A stretch of DNA of 64,000 bases. It comes from Treponemataceae bacterium (GTDB lineage: Bacteria; Spirochaetota; Spirochaetia; Treponematales; Rectinemataceae). How positions within the stretch are numbered: the first letter of the stretch is position 1; each line of letters starts with the position of its first letter. The translations under genes and the position numbers were made by a program. Shown here one piece after another: positions 1 through 10,021 of the stretch. The notes beneath the pieces are model-generated. The model was not told where the DNA came from. It saw nothing but the letters and a program-made list of their open reading frames with translations, and did not search any database. The stretch spans positions 1,248,001 through 1,312,000 of the forward strand of contig CAXXHO010000003.1 of assembly GCA_963667725.2 (NCBI GenBank), written 5' to 3'.

Positions 1-2820
1 AAGTCGGGAGGAACGACGAGAAGGGCGGCCAAGATGGTGATCCTCGACGCCGATCACCCCGATATAGAGCCCTATGTGGCGTGGAAGGCCGAAGAGGAAT
101 ATAAAGTCGCTTGCCTCGCCGCGGGAAGCGCCGTCCTGCGCCGTTACGCCGACTCCATGATCGCGTCGGTCGAAAACTCGGGACTTCCTCGCGAAGCCTC
201 TTTCTCGTTCGCCGAAAACTCCGCCCTGCGAAAATCCGTCAAGGAAGCCCTGGCGGCGGGCATACCCTCGGCATGGATTCACCAGGTCCTTTCCATGTAC
301 CACCAGACGGGAGAGTTGATCCCTCTGGCCCAGTACGACACCGCCTGGGAATCCGAGGCTTACAATACGGTATCCGGCCAATCGTCCAACAATTCCGTGC
401 GCGTGGACAACGCTTTCATGAAAGCCGTCATGGATGACGCGGACTGGAATCTCAAGGCCCGCACGACCGACAAGGTCATGAAGACGATAAAGGCCAGAAA
501 ACTTTGGAACGACATAGCGAGAGCCGCATGGCAGTGCGCCGATCCGGGGCTTCAGTTCCACAGCACGGTGAACGAATGGCATACCTGCCTGAACGACGGG
601 GAGATAAAGGCCTCCAATCCCTGCTCCGAATACATGTTCCTCGACGATACGGCATGCAACCTCGCCTCGCTCAACCTCCTCAGGTTCTACGACACCAAGA
701 CCGAGGCTTTCGACGACGATTCCTACAGGCACGCCATCAGGCTCTGGACCACCGTACTGGAAATTTCCGTCGTCATGGCCCAGTTCCCCTCCAAGGAAAT
801 CGCGCGCCGAAGCATCGACTACCGGACTCTCGGCCTGGGCTACGCCAATCTCGGCAGCCTTCTCATGGTCATGGGTCTTGCCTACGACTCGGACGAAGGC
901 CGCGCGGTGGCGGCGGCCCTCTCCGCCATACTCACCGGCGAGGCTTACGCCCAGTCCGCTCGCATGGCGGCCGAATGGGGCAGCTTCGCCCGCTACGGCA
1001 ACAACAAGGACGTCATGCTCAGGGTGGTCCGCAACCACAGACGGGCCGCCTATGACGCCAAAGCCGATGAATATGAGAGCCTCACCATAACTCCCTTGGG
1101 GCTCAAGGAATGGGCCTGCCCCGGCAATCTCGTGGCGGCGGCCCGCGAATCCTGGGACGATGCCCTCGCCCTCGGACAGAAACACGGATACAGAAACGCC
1201 CAGGTCACGGCCATAGCGCCCACCGGGACTATCGGTCTCCTCATGGACTGCGACACGACCGGCGTCGAACCCGACTTCGCCCTCGTGAAGTTCAAGAAAC
1301 TCGCCGGCGGCGGGTACTTCAAGATCATCAACTCAAGCGTTCCCCCCGCTCTCCACGCCCTGGGATACAACAAAGCCTCGATCGAAAGTATCCTCCAATA
1401 CGCGCTCGGTTCCGAAACCCTCGAGGGTTCGCCCGACATTTCCATCCAGGCGCTCAAGGAAAAAGGCTTTGGGGACGAAAGCATCGCCAAGATCGAATCA
1501 GCCCTGAAGAGCGCTTTCTCCCTTGAAAGCTGTTTCTCGCCCCACCTCCTCGGCCCGGAGGCCATGGCTTCCCTCGGCGTTTCGGAGAGTGAATACGGCG
1601 ATCCCTCCTTCAGCCTTCTCGTCTGGCTAGGCTACAGTCCCGAGGAAATCGAGCGGGCCGAGCTTTTCTCCTGCGGAACCATGGGCCTGGAAGGAGCTCC
1701 CGGCCTCAAGGAAGTAGATCTTTCCGTATTCGACACCGCCACGCCTTCGGGAAAGAAAGGCACGCGCAGCATAGACTGGAAGGCGCACATCGCCATGATG
1801 TCAGCCGTGCAGCCCTTCGTCACTGGAGCCATCTCCAAGACGATTAATATGCCCAACACTGTTTCCAGCGAAGAGGTCAAAGCCGCCTACATGCTCGCTT
1901 GGAAAGCCATGCTGAAGTCCATCGCCCTCTATCGGGACGGCTCCAAGCTCTCGCAGCCGCTCTCCGCGCTTTCGCCCGGCGTCGACATGATAGCGGACTC
2001 CATCGTCGCCCTGCAGACAGGATCCCTGGAAGATAATGAAGATGCCGCCGCGCCCGCTCAGCCTGCTCCCGAAAAATCCATGATGGAGCCTGAGCTGCCG
2101 GGCATGCCCCAATCGCCGCGAGGCTTGCGAAAATCCCTGCCCAACCGCAGAAAAGGCTATACGCAGAAGGCCAAGATCGCTGGACATTCCGTATTCCTCC
2201 GCACGGGAGAGTACGAGGATGGAAGCGTGGGCGAGATTTTCCTCGACATGCACAAGGAAGGTGCCGCCTTCCGGAGCATCCTGAACTCCTTCGCGATCGC
2301 CGTATCGCTGGGCCTCCAATACGGCGTCCCCCTCGAAGAATACATAGACGCCTTCACCTTCACCAAGTTCGAACCCAACGGCGTCGTGCAGGGTCACGAC
2401 TATATCAAGATGGCCACCAGCGTCCTGGATTATATTTTCAGGGATCTGGCCATTTCCTATCAGAACCGGCACGAGCTGGGTCAGATAAAGCCCGAAGACC
2501 TCGTTTCGACGGCGATGCAGTCCAAATCCAGCGACAGCGAGCACAAGTCAGCCTTCGAGAACGGCCGCTCCAATCACCCCTCCAAGCCCGTGCAGACCAT
2601 CGTATCGTCGCCCGCGGCGAGCCCTTCGTTCACGCCTTCGCGCAATGAACTGTCTCCGGCGCAGGCCGTCCCGCTCAGTCCTTCGATCAAGTCCATGCGT
2701 ACGGCGAGGCAGAAAGGCTATGAGGGCGACCCCTGCCCAGCCTGCGGTAACCTCACGCTCGTGCGCAACGGCACCTGCCTCAAGTGCGAAACCTGCGGCT
2801 CCACGACAGGCTGCAGCTGA
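1..2820 (+). CDS. nrdJ: Adenosylcobalamin-dependent (class II) ribonucleotide reductase, 5'-truncated by window edge
   Basis: Frame is open from base 1 ([13 protein letters not shown]). Contains the ASNPCSE radical-Cys motif, [15 protein letters not shown] and GAISKTIN, a fused C-terminal TSCPD-like domain, and a CPAC..CETC..GCS tail. Confidence 0.95.
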   Translation, partial: KSGGTTRRAAKMVILDADHPDIEPYVAWKAEEEYKVACLAAGSAVLRRYADSMIASVENSGLPREASFSFAENSALRKSVKEALAAGIPSAWIHQVLSMYHQTGELIPLAQYDTAWESEAYNTVSGQSSNNSVRVDNAFMKAVMDDADWNLKARTTDKVMKTIKARKLWNDIARAAWQCADPGLQFHSTVNEWHTCLNDGEIKASNPCSEYMFLDDTACNLASLNLLRFYDTKTEAFDDDSYRHAIRLWTTVLEISVVMAQFPSKEIARRSIDYRTLGLGYANLGSLLMVMGLAYDSDEGRAVAAALSAILTGEAYAQSARMAAEWGSFARYGNNKDVMLRVVRNHRRAAYDAKADEYESLTITPLGLKEWACPGNLVAAARESWDDALALGQKHGYRNAQVTAIAPTGTIGLLMDCDTTGVEPDFALVKFKKLAGGGYFKIINSSVPPALHALGYNKASIESILQYALGSETLEGSPDISIQALKEKGFGDESIAKIESALKSAFSLESCFSPHLLGPEAMASLGVSESEYGDPSFSLLVWLGYSPEEIERAELFSCGTMGLEGAPGLKEVDLSVFDTATPSGKKGTRSIDWKAHIAMMSAVQPFVTGAISKTINMPNTVSSEEVKAAYMLAWKAMLKSIALYRDGSKLSQPLSALSPGVDMIADSIVALQTGSLEDNEDAAAPAQPAPEKSMMEPELPGMPQSPRGLRKSLPNRRKGYTQKAKIAGHSVFLRTGEYEDGSVGEIFLDMHKEGAAFRSILNSFAIAVSLGLQYGVPLEEYIDAFTFTKFEPNGVVQGHDYIKMATSVLDYIFRDLAISYQNRHELGQIKPEDLVSTAMQSKSSDSEHKSAFENGRSNHPSKPVQTIVSSPAASPSFTPSRNELSPAQAVPLSPSIKSMRTARQKGYEGDPCPACGNLTLVRNGTCLKCETCGSTTGCS

Positions 2821-2851
2821 TCTCGTCACTTCAGTATGTATGATTTATAAT

Positions 2852-2887
2852 AAAAAGCCCTTCCGGTTTAACTGGAAAGGCTTTTTT
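2852..2887. terminator. Probable bidirectional rho-independent terminator between nrdJ and arcA
   Basis: AAAAAGCCCTTCC...GGAAAGGCTTTTTT hairpin with A- and T-tracts on either side, between convergent genes. Confidence 0.75.
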
Positions 2888-2927
2888 GGTATTTAAAATA
2901 TTATATCCAAAAGAAAATCGCGATATG

Positions 2928-4172
2928 CTAGACCTTGTCCCTCTCCACGGGAAGGGTCATGCAGCGCGCGCCGCCGCCCCCTCGCGCCAGTTCAATGCCG
3001 TCGAAGGTCACCGCCAGACGTTTGTAGTCCGCGACGGATTCCTTGCCGCTTATGAAGCTTTCCGATTTGACGATGGAGAATCCCGCTTCCGACAAGGCTT
3101 CCACCGTGAACTTGTTGCAGGAATACATGATTATCTTCCCAGGGGCGAAAGCGAAGGAGTTGGCGCCCGACAGCCACTGTTCGCGCTGCTGATAAATGCG
3201 ATGCCCCTTGCCGCAAAGTATGGGAGCGAGATCCATGCCCTGTTCCTTCAAGCCCGACAGCAGGGAATCCACTTCCCTATATTTCATCTTTCCGCCCTTC
3301 CCCGCGTCGATTCGATAGATAGCATTTCTCTTCGTCCCGAGGATGGCGGGCTCGTAGACGAGGGCCGCGTCGCTGTCGATCATCGTGAATACCATGTCGA
3401 GATGGATCGTCGCCCTCGTCTTGGGCAGGTCGACGGCGAATACCGTGATATCCGACTCCGAAATCCTCGCCGCGTTCTTGGCGATGCGTTCCACGGCGTA
3501 AGGCGTCGTGCGTTCCGATACGCCTATGGCGAAAACGGTGGGTGAAAGCACGATGATGTCGCCGCCCTCGATGGTCATGTAGCGGTTTCTCTCCGAAGGT
3601 CCGTCGAAGAGGAGGGTTCTGGCCGCGAAGTCCGGATGATGGGTGAAGATGAAGCGCGTGATCACCGCTTCCACCATGCGCACGTCGAAGGCGGTGGCGG
3701 CGGATACGGCGCAATCCCCTATCACGGCGGCGCTGTCCCTCATGAAATAGGTGTTCGGGAGCGGCCTGGAGATGAAGCTTTCCTCGTCCAGGCGATGGGC
3801 CAGGGAATTTGCCGGGGCCTGCACGCCATGGACGATAGCCTCCGCCAGCTGCCTGGCTGGCATGCCCATGAACTCCTCCATCGAGCTCCGAATGGGAAAG
3901 CAGCGCGACAGATCGGTGAGGAATTCGAACTTATTGCCCACGTCGACAAGGCAGTCGGTCAGCAGATCCAGGAGTTCGTGGACTTCGGCGACGCAGGCCA
4001 AGAACTTCTTGAGCTGAAGATACTCATCCAGGACTGAACTCAAGGGAATGATATCGTTGTAGAGATCCTTTTCGGCCTCTCCCGGAGTCATCGCCTCGAT
4101 CTCGGGCCCCGGCGTATGGAGAATCACGCGCCGCAGATTGCCGATTTCGCTATCTATCGCCAGACTTTTCAT
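2928..4172 (-). CDS. arcA: Arginine deiminase
   Basis: SEIGNLRRVILHTPG start, PLPNTYFMRD, IEGGD, HLDMV and ELARGGGGARCMTLP with the catalytic Cys. Start placed at MKSLAIDSE. Confidence 0.93.
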   Translation of the reverse strand: MKSLAIDSEIGNLRRVILHTPGPEIEAMTPGEAEKDLYNDIIPLSSVLDEYLQLKKFLACVAEVHELLDLLTDCLVDVGNKFEFLTDLSRCFPIRSSMEEFMGMPARQLAEAIVHGVQAPANSLAHRLDEESFISRPLPNTYFMRDSAAVIGDCAVSAATAFDVRMVEAVITRFIFTHHPDFAARTLLFDGPSERNRYMTIEGGDIIVLSPTVFAIGVSERTTPYAVERIAKNAARISESDITVFAVDLPKTRATIHLDMVFTMIDSDAALVYEPAILGTKRNAIYRIDAGKGGKMKYREVDSLLSGLKEQGMDLAPILCGKGHRIYQQREQWLSGANSFAFAPGKIIMYSCNKFTVEALSEAGFSIVKSESFISGKESVADYKRLAVTFDGIELARGGGGARCMTLPVERDKV

Positions 4173-4293
4173 AAGCGAAGTATGCACCAGGAATAAAAAA
4201 AAATCTTCACATTAATCGCGAGGCCCTTTTTGCATAACTATCGCCCTTTTTCCGGCCTTTTCTGCATGAACGTCGCGAAGCGGAAATTCGGCT

Positions 4294-4307
4294 TGAATGT
4301 ATATGCA
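4294..4307. promoter_or_regulatory. Candidate ArgR operator (ARG box)
   Basis: TGAAT-GTAT-ATGCA matches the TGnAT-N4-ATnCA ARG-box palindrome and lies in the AT-rich arcA/arcE divergent spacer. Confidence 0.6.
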
Positions 4308-4424
4308 AAATCAACGTTTTTTGAACAAATCATATTTACTATCGCAATCTTGACAGGCAAATGGGGACATCGGATCATAGCTTCCGGAGGGGGCAAAGGC
4401 CCTTTCCCAAGGGAGGCCTTCGGC

Positions 4425-5753
4425 ATGAAGCGAAGAAAAGTGATCATTATTGGAGCGGCTGGAAGGGATTTTCATAACTTCAACACACGATTCAGGAATG
4501 ACGCGTCCGTCGAGGTAGCAGCCTTCACCGCCGCGCAGATTCCCGATATCGATGGAAGGAAATATCCCGCGGAGCTCGCCGGATCGCTCTATCCCAAAGG
4601 CATCCCGATCTATTCCGAATCAGACCTGCCCCGGCTCATTGCGGAGCTTTCCATAGACGAATGCGTATTTTCCTACTCGGATGTCCCCTATGCCCATGTC
4701 ATGAGCCTTTCGGCTCTCGTCAACGCCGCCGGAGCCTCCTTCACCCTTCTCGGCCCCAAGGATACGCAGATCAAGTCGATAAAACCCCTGATAGCCGTCT
4801 GCGCCGTGCGCACGGGATCAGGAAAAAGCCAGACCTCGCGCAAGATTGTCCAGATGCTGATGGCGCGCGGCCTCAAGGTCGTGGCGATCCGCCATCCTAT
4901 GCCCTATGGAGACCTGGTGCGCCAGAAAGTGCAGCGATTCGCCACCGTGGAAGACCTGGCCTACCATAAATGCACCATAGAGGAGATGGAAGAATACGAA
5001 CCCCATGTCGTGAGGGGCAATGTTATCTATTCCGGAGTGGATTACGAGGCGATACTCCGGCAGGCTGAAAAAGAAGCGGACGTCATTCTCTGGGATGGAG
5101 GGAACAACGACTTTTCCTTCTATGTTCCCGATCTCATGGTCACGGTAGCCGACCCTTTGAGAGCAGGCAACGAAGTCTCTTTCTATCCGGGCGAAGCGAG
5201 CCTTCGCATGGCCGATGTCGTCATCATCAACAAGATCGATACGGCAAGCCCCGAGGCCGTGCAGACCGTACGCGAAAACATCACGAGAGTGAATCCTGAA
5301 GCCATCGTCATCGACGCGGCGAGCCCGATAAGCGTCGACAGACCCGAGCTGATCAAGGGCAAGCGGGTTCTCTGCGTCGAGGACGGCCCTACCCTCACCC
5401 ATGGGATGATGAAAATAGGCGCGGGCGTCGTGGCGGCGCGCAAATTCCAGGCGGCCCAGATCGTGGACCCTCGCCCCTACGTCGTTGGCAAACTGGCCGA
5501 AACCTTCAGGATATATCCCAACATAGGAACGCTGCTGCCCGCCATGGGCTATGGAGCTGAACAGATATCGGATCTGGAGAAGACCATAAACGCGACCGAC
5601 TGCGACGCCGTCCTCATCGCGACGCCGATCGATCTTTCGCGGATAATCAAGATCAACAAGCCGATCGTGAAAGTAGGCTACGACCTCCAGGAAATCGGAA
5701 AGCCCGATCTCGCCGACGTGCTGGACGTGTTCTGCGCCAAGCATCGACTGTGA
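4425..5753 (+). CDS. arcE: Arginine synthetase (ArcE)-like P-loop enzyme (cyclic 2,3-diphosphoglycerate synthetase-related, often annotated as GTPase)
   Basis: GAAGRDFHNFN, P-loop AVRTGSGKSQT, IRHPMPYGDL, CTIEEMEEYEP, WDGGNND, VEDGPTLTHG and PAMGY resemble, from memory, the Thermococcus kodakarensis ArcE family. GGGAGG RBS precedes ATG 4425. Gene is adjacent to arcA. Confidence 0.8.
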   Translation: MKRRKVIIIGAAGRDFHNFNTRFRNDASVEVAAFTAAQIPDIDGRKYPAELAGSLYPKGIPIYSESDLPRLIAELSIDECVFSYSDVPYAHVMSLSALVNAAGASFTLLGPKDTQIKSIKPLIAVCAVRTGSGKSQTSRKIVQMLMARGLKVVAIRHPMPYGDLVRQKVQRFATVEDLAYHKCTIEEMEEYEPHVVRGNVIYSGVDYEAILRQAEKEADVILWDGGNNDFSFYVPDLMVTVADPLRAGNEVSFYPGEASLRMADVVIINKIDTASPEAVQTVRENITRVNPEAIVIDAASPISVDRPELIKGKRVLCVEDGPTLTHGMMKIGAGVVAARKFQAAQIVDPRPYVVGKLAETFRIYPNIGTLLPAMGYGAEQISDLEKTINATDCDAVLIATPIDLSRIIKINKPIVKVGYDLQEIGKPDLADVLDVFCAKHRL

Positions 5754-5790
5754 CGCCGTAACGGCGCGCACCCGGCGTCGATGCCGCGAA

Positions 5791-5829
5791 CAAGAAAAAA
5801 GCTGCCCGCGAGGGCAGCTTTTTTCTTGA
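5791..5829. terminator. Bidirectional rho-independent terminator
   Basis: Perfect inverted repeat CAAGAAAAAAGCTGCCC-GCGA-GGGCAGCTTTTTTCTTG between convergent arcE and ferredoxin genes. Confidence 0.88.
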
Positions 5830-5863
5830 GGCCATGGGCTTTCGGCCGATGGCTATCCTTAGC

Positions 5864-6034
5864 TCAGCCGGCGACGATGGCTTCGGTCGGGCAGCTGGAG
5901 GCGCAGGTTCCGCAATCGATGCATTTGTCGGGATCGATCCAGCGGGCATCGTTCTTCTCGCTGATAGCGGTGACGGGGCATTCGCCTTCGCAGGCGCCGC
6001 AGTTGACGCAGGCATCGGTAACTTTGTATGCCAT
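5864..6034 (-). CDS. 2[4Fe-4S] clostridial-type ferredoxin (56 aa)
   Basis: Two CxxCxxCxxxCP motifs (CVNCGACEGECP and CIDCGTCASSCP); AAGGAGA RBS. Confidence 0.95.
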   Translation of the reverse strand: MAYKVTDACVNCGACEGECPVTAISEKNDARWIDPDKCIDCGTCASSCPTEAIVAG

Positions 6035-6207
6035 TGCAGTTCTCCTTGAAATATATGCTTTCAGCTCAATCACGCGAAGTTGCGATCCTGAAACATGAAG
6101 CGTTTCAGGGCGGCTGGCTGCTCAGGTTACGCAATCGACGCCGTCCTTCCGGACATATTATCATTCTTCGGTTTTTCTGTGAAGCTGTGGAAAAATAAAA
6201 TGGGATA

Positions 6208-6987
6208 TCAGAAATATCCGCATATCGCCAGCATCCTAGTGAAGTCCTGGGCACCCTGTCTTCTGAACGAACCCAGGGTCGGCGAACAGGAGGTGCATAT
6301 TTTGACATCCAGCAATGCGCCCAGGCCGAGATTCTCCGCCAGATGAATATTCGCGGCGCGCAAGTCGATGCTGAAAGAGACGCCGTCCTTTCCCTGCTCG
6401 GCGCTGGCGACATGGATCGAGGTTTCGCCGAACTCGGCGGCGAAGCCCATCGCCCTTTCCTCGGGCACGGCATAGCAGCATGCCCCGATGCTCGGCCCCA
6501 ATATCGCCGAGATATCCTCCGGCGCTGATCCAAACCGGGAAACCATGCCTGTCACCGCTTTCTTGAGAATGCCTGTTCCTCTCCATCCTGAATGAAGCAG
6601 GCCGAAAACCTCATTTTTCTGATCGAAAAGCCAGATGGGCATGCAGTCGGCCACCGTCAAGGCTGGTATCGAATCGGGCTCGGCCACGACAAGGCCATCG
6701 GCTCCGCCCAGGGCATCGGCTTTTTGGTGAAGATCCATCATCGCCTCGCCCTTCTGCTGAAAGATCACGCCGCGCGTGTGCCTCAGCTGGAGGGACAGTA
6801 TCCTCGAAGGATCCAGGCCCAGCCCTGCGAATAGCCTTCCTCGGGCAAGGTTCACCCCTGAGGGGTCATACTTCATGTTTCCCGCCGCCACGGTGCTCAG
6901 AATGGCCCTGGGAGCGCCTGGGAAGTCAAAATCGAACTCCATATAGCGGCTATCATCGATTTCAGGCGATACTGTCCTTATCTTCAC
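6208..6987 (-). CDS. pgeF: YfiH/PgeF laccase-domain (purine nucleoside phosphorylase-like) protein
   Basis: ADGL, TVADCMPI, HSGWRG, GPSIGACCY and ICTSC motifs. GTG start overlaps the upstream TGA (GTGA). Confidence 0.85.
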   Translation of the reverse strand: MKIRTVSPEIDDSRYMEFDFDFPGAPRAILSTVAAGNMKYDPSGVNLARGRLFAGLGLDPSRILSLQLRHTRGVIFQQKGEAMMDLHQKADALGGADGLVVAEPDSIPALTVADCMPIWLFDQKNEVFGLLHSGWRGTGILKKAVTGMVSRFGSAPEDISAILGPSIGACCYAVPEERAMGFAAEFGETSIHVASAEQGKDGVSFSIDLRAANIHLAENLGLGALLDVKICTSCSPTLGSFRRQGAQDFTRMLAICGYF

Positions 6988-7922
6988 GAAACATCCCCCG
7001 CCGATTCGTTCCACGCGTAGATATCGAAAACAAGGCTGTCGCTTCCGGGAAAGACTATCTCGACCCTGTGACACTCAAGATAGAGCCGCGACGCCGCGAT
7101 GCCGCCGTAGAGCCTGTCCCCGGCGACGGGATAGCCGGCCCAGGCCATGTGCGCGCGTATCTGATGCCTGAATCCCGAAGATATCTCCGCCTCCACATCG
7201 ACAACCTTCTCTACTTCATGGAATTCCTCGACCAGGGATCGCCCCCGAGAGGATATCGTCGTTCGGTAGGATATGGGCGAAAGAGGCTTCTTTTCATCTT
7301 TCCTGAATTCCGGCGATACGCAGGCGACTCGAGCCCTCTTCTCGCCGTAAGAGCGGAAATAACACTCGATGCTCAATGTTTCAGGCCTTTTTCCAGATTC
7401 GCGAAGGTCGCTTGAAGCGTCTGCCCGGCTGTCCAGCAAGGGCCCGATTCCCGGAACAGGACAGCGCAGGGGGCGGGACCCGGGGAGTTCGCCTCCGCTT
7501 TCCCCGCGGGCTGCCGCCAGGCGGTAGAATTTGCGCATTAGCCCCCGCTTCTGCGCCTCAAGGCTCCGGAGGAAAACCTCCTCGGAACGGGCGAAAAGTA
7601 TGAGGCCGGAAGTATCGGCGTCGAGGCGGGACAGCAGGCCCAGTTCGCTTTTCATCCTGTGCCGGAGGGAATTCATCTTTTCCCGGTCCGGGATCGCGCC
7701 GCGGGGCTCAACTTCGCGGGACTCCGCGCCGCCTTCGGAAGACTTTTCGAATCCTCCGGCTTGATCGGGTCGCGCGGTTCCGAGCCAGGAAACGAGGTCG
7801 CGGTCATGAGCAGCTAAGGGAACTGAGTGCGTCCCTGCCGGCTTGAAGACGCAGAGATATTCTTCGGTCTCGAAGGCGACGAATGGCGCTTCGACGTTCT
7901 GGAAAGGAAAGCCCTCGCTCAT
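6984..7922 (-). CDS. RluA/RluD-family pseudouridine synthase
   Basis: FKPAG, RLDADTSG (catalytic Asp), GFRHQIRAHMA and GDRLYG. The rluD-pgeF gene pairing is common. Confidence 0.88.
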   Translation of the reverse strand: MSEGFPFQNVEAPFVAFETEEYLCVFKPAGTHSVPLAAHDRDLVSWLGTARPDQAGGFEKSSEGGAESREVEPRGAIPDREKMNSLRHRMKSELGLLSRLDADTSGLILFARSEEVFLRSLEAQKRGLMRKFYRLAAARGESGGELPGSRPLRCPVPGIGPLLDSRADASSDLRESGKRPETLSIECYFRSYGEKRARVACVSPEFRKDEKKPLSPISYRTTISSRGRSLVEEFHEVEKVVDVEAEISSGFRHQIRAHMAWAGYPVAGDRLYGGIAASRLYLECHRVEIVFPGSDSLVFDIYAWNESAGDVS

Positions 7923-10018
7923 ACGAGTCCGCTGTTCTGGAGGCGGTAGAGGTTCCAGTAAAGCCCCTTCTTTTCTATAAGCTCGTCGTGGGTCCCGGTT
8001 TCGGCGATCCTGCCCTGAGCGAGAACGATGATCTTGTCCGCGTGGCGGATGGTGGAAAGTCGATGCGCTATGACGACGCTCGTCCTGCCCGACAGGAGGC
8101 CTTCTATGCCCCTCTGGATGAGCTGTTCCGTCTCGGTGTCGACGGAACTCGTCGCCTCGTCGAGTATGATGATGGACGGATCATGGGCCAGGACACGGGC
8201 GAAGGAAAGCAACTGCCGCTGCCCCTGGGAGAGGTTGCTGCCGCTTTCGGCGAGGAGGGTATCGTAGCCGTTGGGAAGCGCCTCGATGAATTCATTGGCA
8301 TGGACGGCTTCAGCCGCGCGTTTCATCCGCTCCACCGTCACGTCTTCGCCGAGACGGATGTTCTCCGCTATGCTGCCCGAGAAAAGGAATACGTCCTGGG
8401 GCACTGGCTGTATCGCTCTCCTGAGACCGTGGAGGGGAAGATTGCGCACCGGGTAGCCGTCGATCCTGATCTCGCCCTTCTGGATGTCCCAGAATCGCGT
8501 GACGAGGTTGGCCACCGTGGTCTTGCCCGCGCCGGTATAGCCGACGATCGCGACCATCTGCCCGGGATTGAGGGTGAAGGACAGATCCTTGAGAATCCAA
8601 TCCTCTTCCTTGTAGGCGAACCATACCTTGTCGAATTGGATATGCCCGCGAATATTGGAGGGCATATCCATCGTGGGGGCGTCGACGATCATGTCGTCAG
8701 CGTCTAAAAGGTTGAAGATTCGTTCTCCCCCGGCCATGGCGCTCTGGAGGAGTATGTATTTTTCGGCCAAGTCCTTTATCGGTGAGTAGAACATGGAGAT
8801 GAGGTTGACGAAGGCGATGAGGGTGCCCAGGGAGATGGAATGGGAAAGATAGAACAGCGCTCCGACGACGATAGCCAGGGCCGTGGTGAAGATGGCGAGA
8901 AAATCGACGGCCGGCCTGAAGGTAGCGAAAACGTACATTTCGCCGAGATTGGCCTTCATGAGGGCGCTGTCGTGATCGGCGAATTCGGCCTTGGAGGGTT
9001 CCTCCCTGACGAAGAGCTTGACGACATCGATGCCCGAAAGGTGTTCGGCTATGAATGAGTTGACCTTGCTCGTCCACTGCCGCTGATTCCTGAAGGCGTC
9101 CCTCGCCTTTTTTCTGGCGATATTCGAGATGATGAGGACGAAGGGAACGCTGGCGGTGACGACGAGGGCCAGGCGCCAGTCGAAGAAGAAGAGGACGATG
9201 ATGGCCCCCGCCATGATGGAGAAATCCTTGATGAAGGCCGAAAGCACGTCCGTGAAGAACTGGTTGATCGTTTCGACGTCGCTCGTCATCCGGGTGACGA
9301 GGCGGCCCACGGGCTGCTTGGAAAGGTAGGACAGGGAGCGGGTGAGCACGTGCCCGAAGAGCTGCATCCTGAGGTCCTTCATAATCTTGAGACCGAGGAG
9401 GTTGCTGAAATAGATCATGACGAAGGTGGAGACCAGGATGGTCACCAGAACCGCGAGCAGCATGGCCACATAGCGCCCGACGAGGGCGCTGTCGGCGCCG
9501 CGCAGGCCCGCCGCCTCGGCGGCGGGCAGCGCCCTGAGCTTTTCGACGGATATGACGCCCCACTCGCCTTCAACCGCGAAAAGCTCGGGGCGCGCGGCTC
9601 GGAGCGCCGCCTGCGCGCCATTGCCTTCCTGTACCCTGAACACGTACATTTCGGCTGGATCGAAGAGCCCCTCGTCGATGAGGCGGGTCTTCTCCGCCGA
9701 ACTCATGCCCGCGAGCCTGGATGTTCTGACGAAGACCTGTCCCTGGATCGTCGGATCGGCATCAGACAGCCTGAGCAATCTGTTGGCATCCGTTCCCTTT
9801 ATATCGGCCGAAAATCCATACCAGGACTTCATGAGGGCATCGTCGATCGCCCGGCGGATGATGACGGGACTTAAGAGTTCCCCGGCGGTGGAGACCACCA
9901 GCGCGAGGAAAGCGAGCGCCGCTATGAGCCTATAGGGTTTGATATAGGAGAGTATTCGTCTCGAAATGGCTGAGTCAAAGCCTTTCGTCACGTCGTCGGT
10001 TTCAAAGAATTCAGCCAT
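7919..10018 (-). CDS. Heterodimeric ABC exporter subunit (TMD+NBD) with large extracytoplasmic insertion
   Basis: Walker A GYTGAGKT, degenerate signature LSQGQ, consensus Walker B ILDEATS, AHRLST, and about six hydrophobic segments. Confidence 0.92.
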   Translation of the reverse strand: MAEFFETDDVTKGFDSAISRRILSYIKPYRLIAALAFLALVVSTAGELLSPVIIRRAIDDALMKSWYGFSADIKGTDANRLLRLSDADPTIQGQVFVRTSRLAGMSSAEKTRLIDEGLFDPAEMYVFRVQEGNGAQAALRAARPELFAVEGEWGVISVEKLRALPAAEAAGLRGADSALVGRYVAMLLAVLVTILVSTFVMIYFSNLLGLKIMKDLRMQLFGHVLTRSLSYLSKQPVGRLVTRMTSDVETINQFFTDVLSAFIKDFSIMAGAIIVLFFFDWRLALVVTASVPFVLIISNIARKKARDAFRNQRQWTSKVNSFIAEHLSGIDVVKLFVREEPSKAEFADHDSALMKANLGEMYVFATFRPAVDFLAIFTTALAIVVGALFYLSHSISLGTLIAFVNLISMFYSPIKDLAEKYILLQSAMAGGERIFNLLDADDMIVDAPTMDMPSNIRGHIQFDKVWFAYKEEDWILKDLSFTLNPGQMVAIVGYTGAGKTTVANLVTRFWDIQKGEIRIDGYPVRNLPLHGLRRAIQPVPQDVFLFSGSIAENIRLGEDVTVERMKRAAEAVHANEFIEALPNGYDTLLAESGSNLSQGQRQLLSFARVLAHDPSIIILDEATSSVDTETEQLIQRGIEGLLSGRTSVVIAHRLSTIRHADKIIVLAQGRIAETGTHDELIEKKGLYWNLYRLQNSGLV

Positions 10019-10021
10019 GAC

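Noticed and set aside
1..2820. Intein or intron in nrdJ
   Set aside because: No intein terminal motifs or homing-endonuclease signature seen. The extra sequence is linker or a typical insertion.
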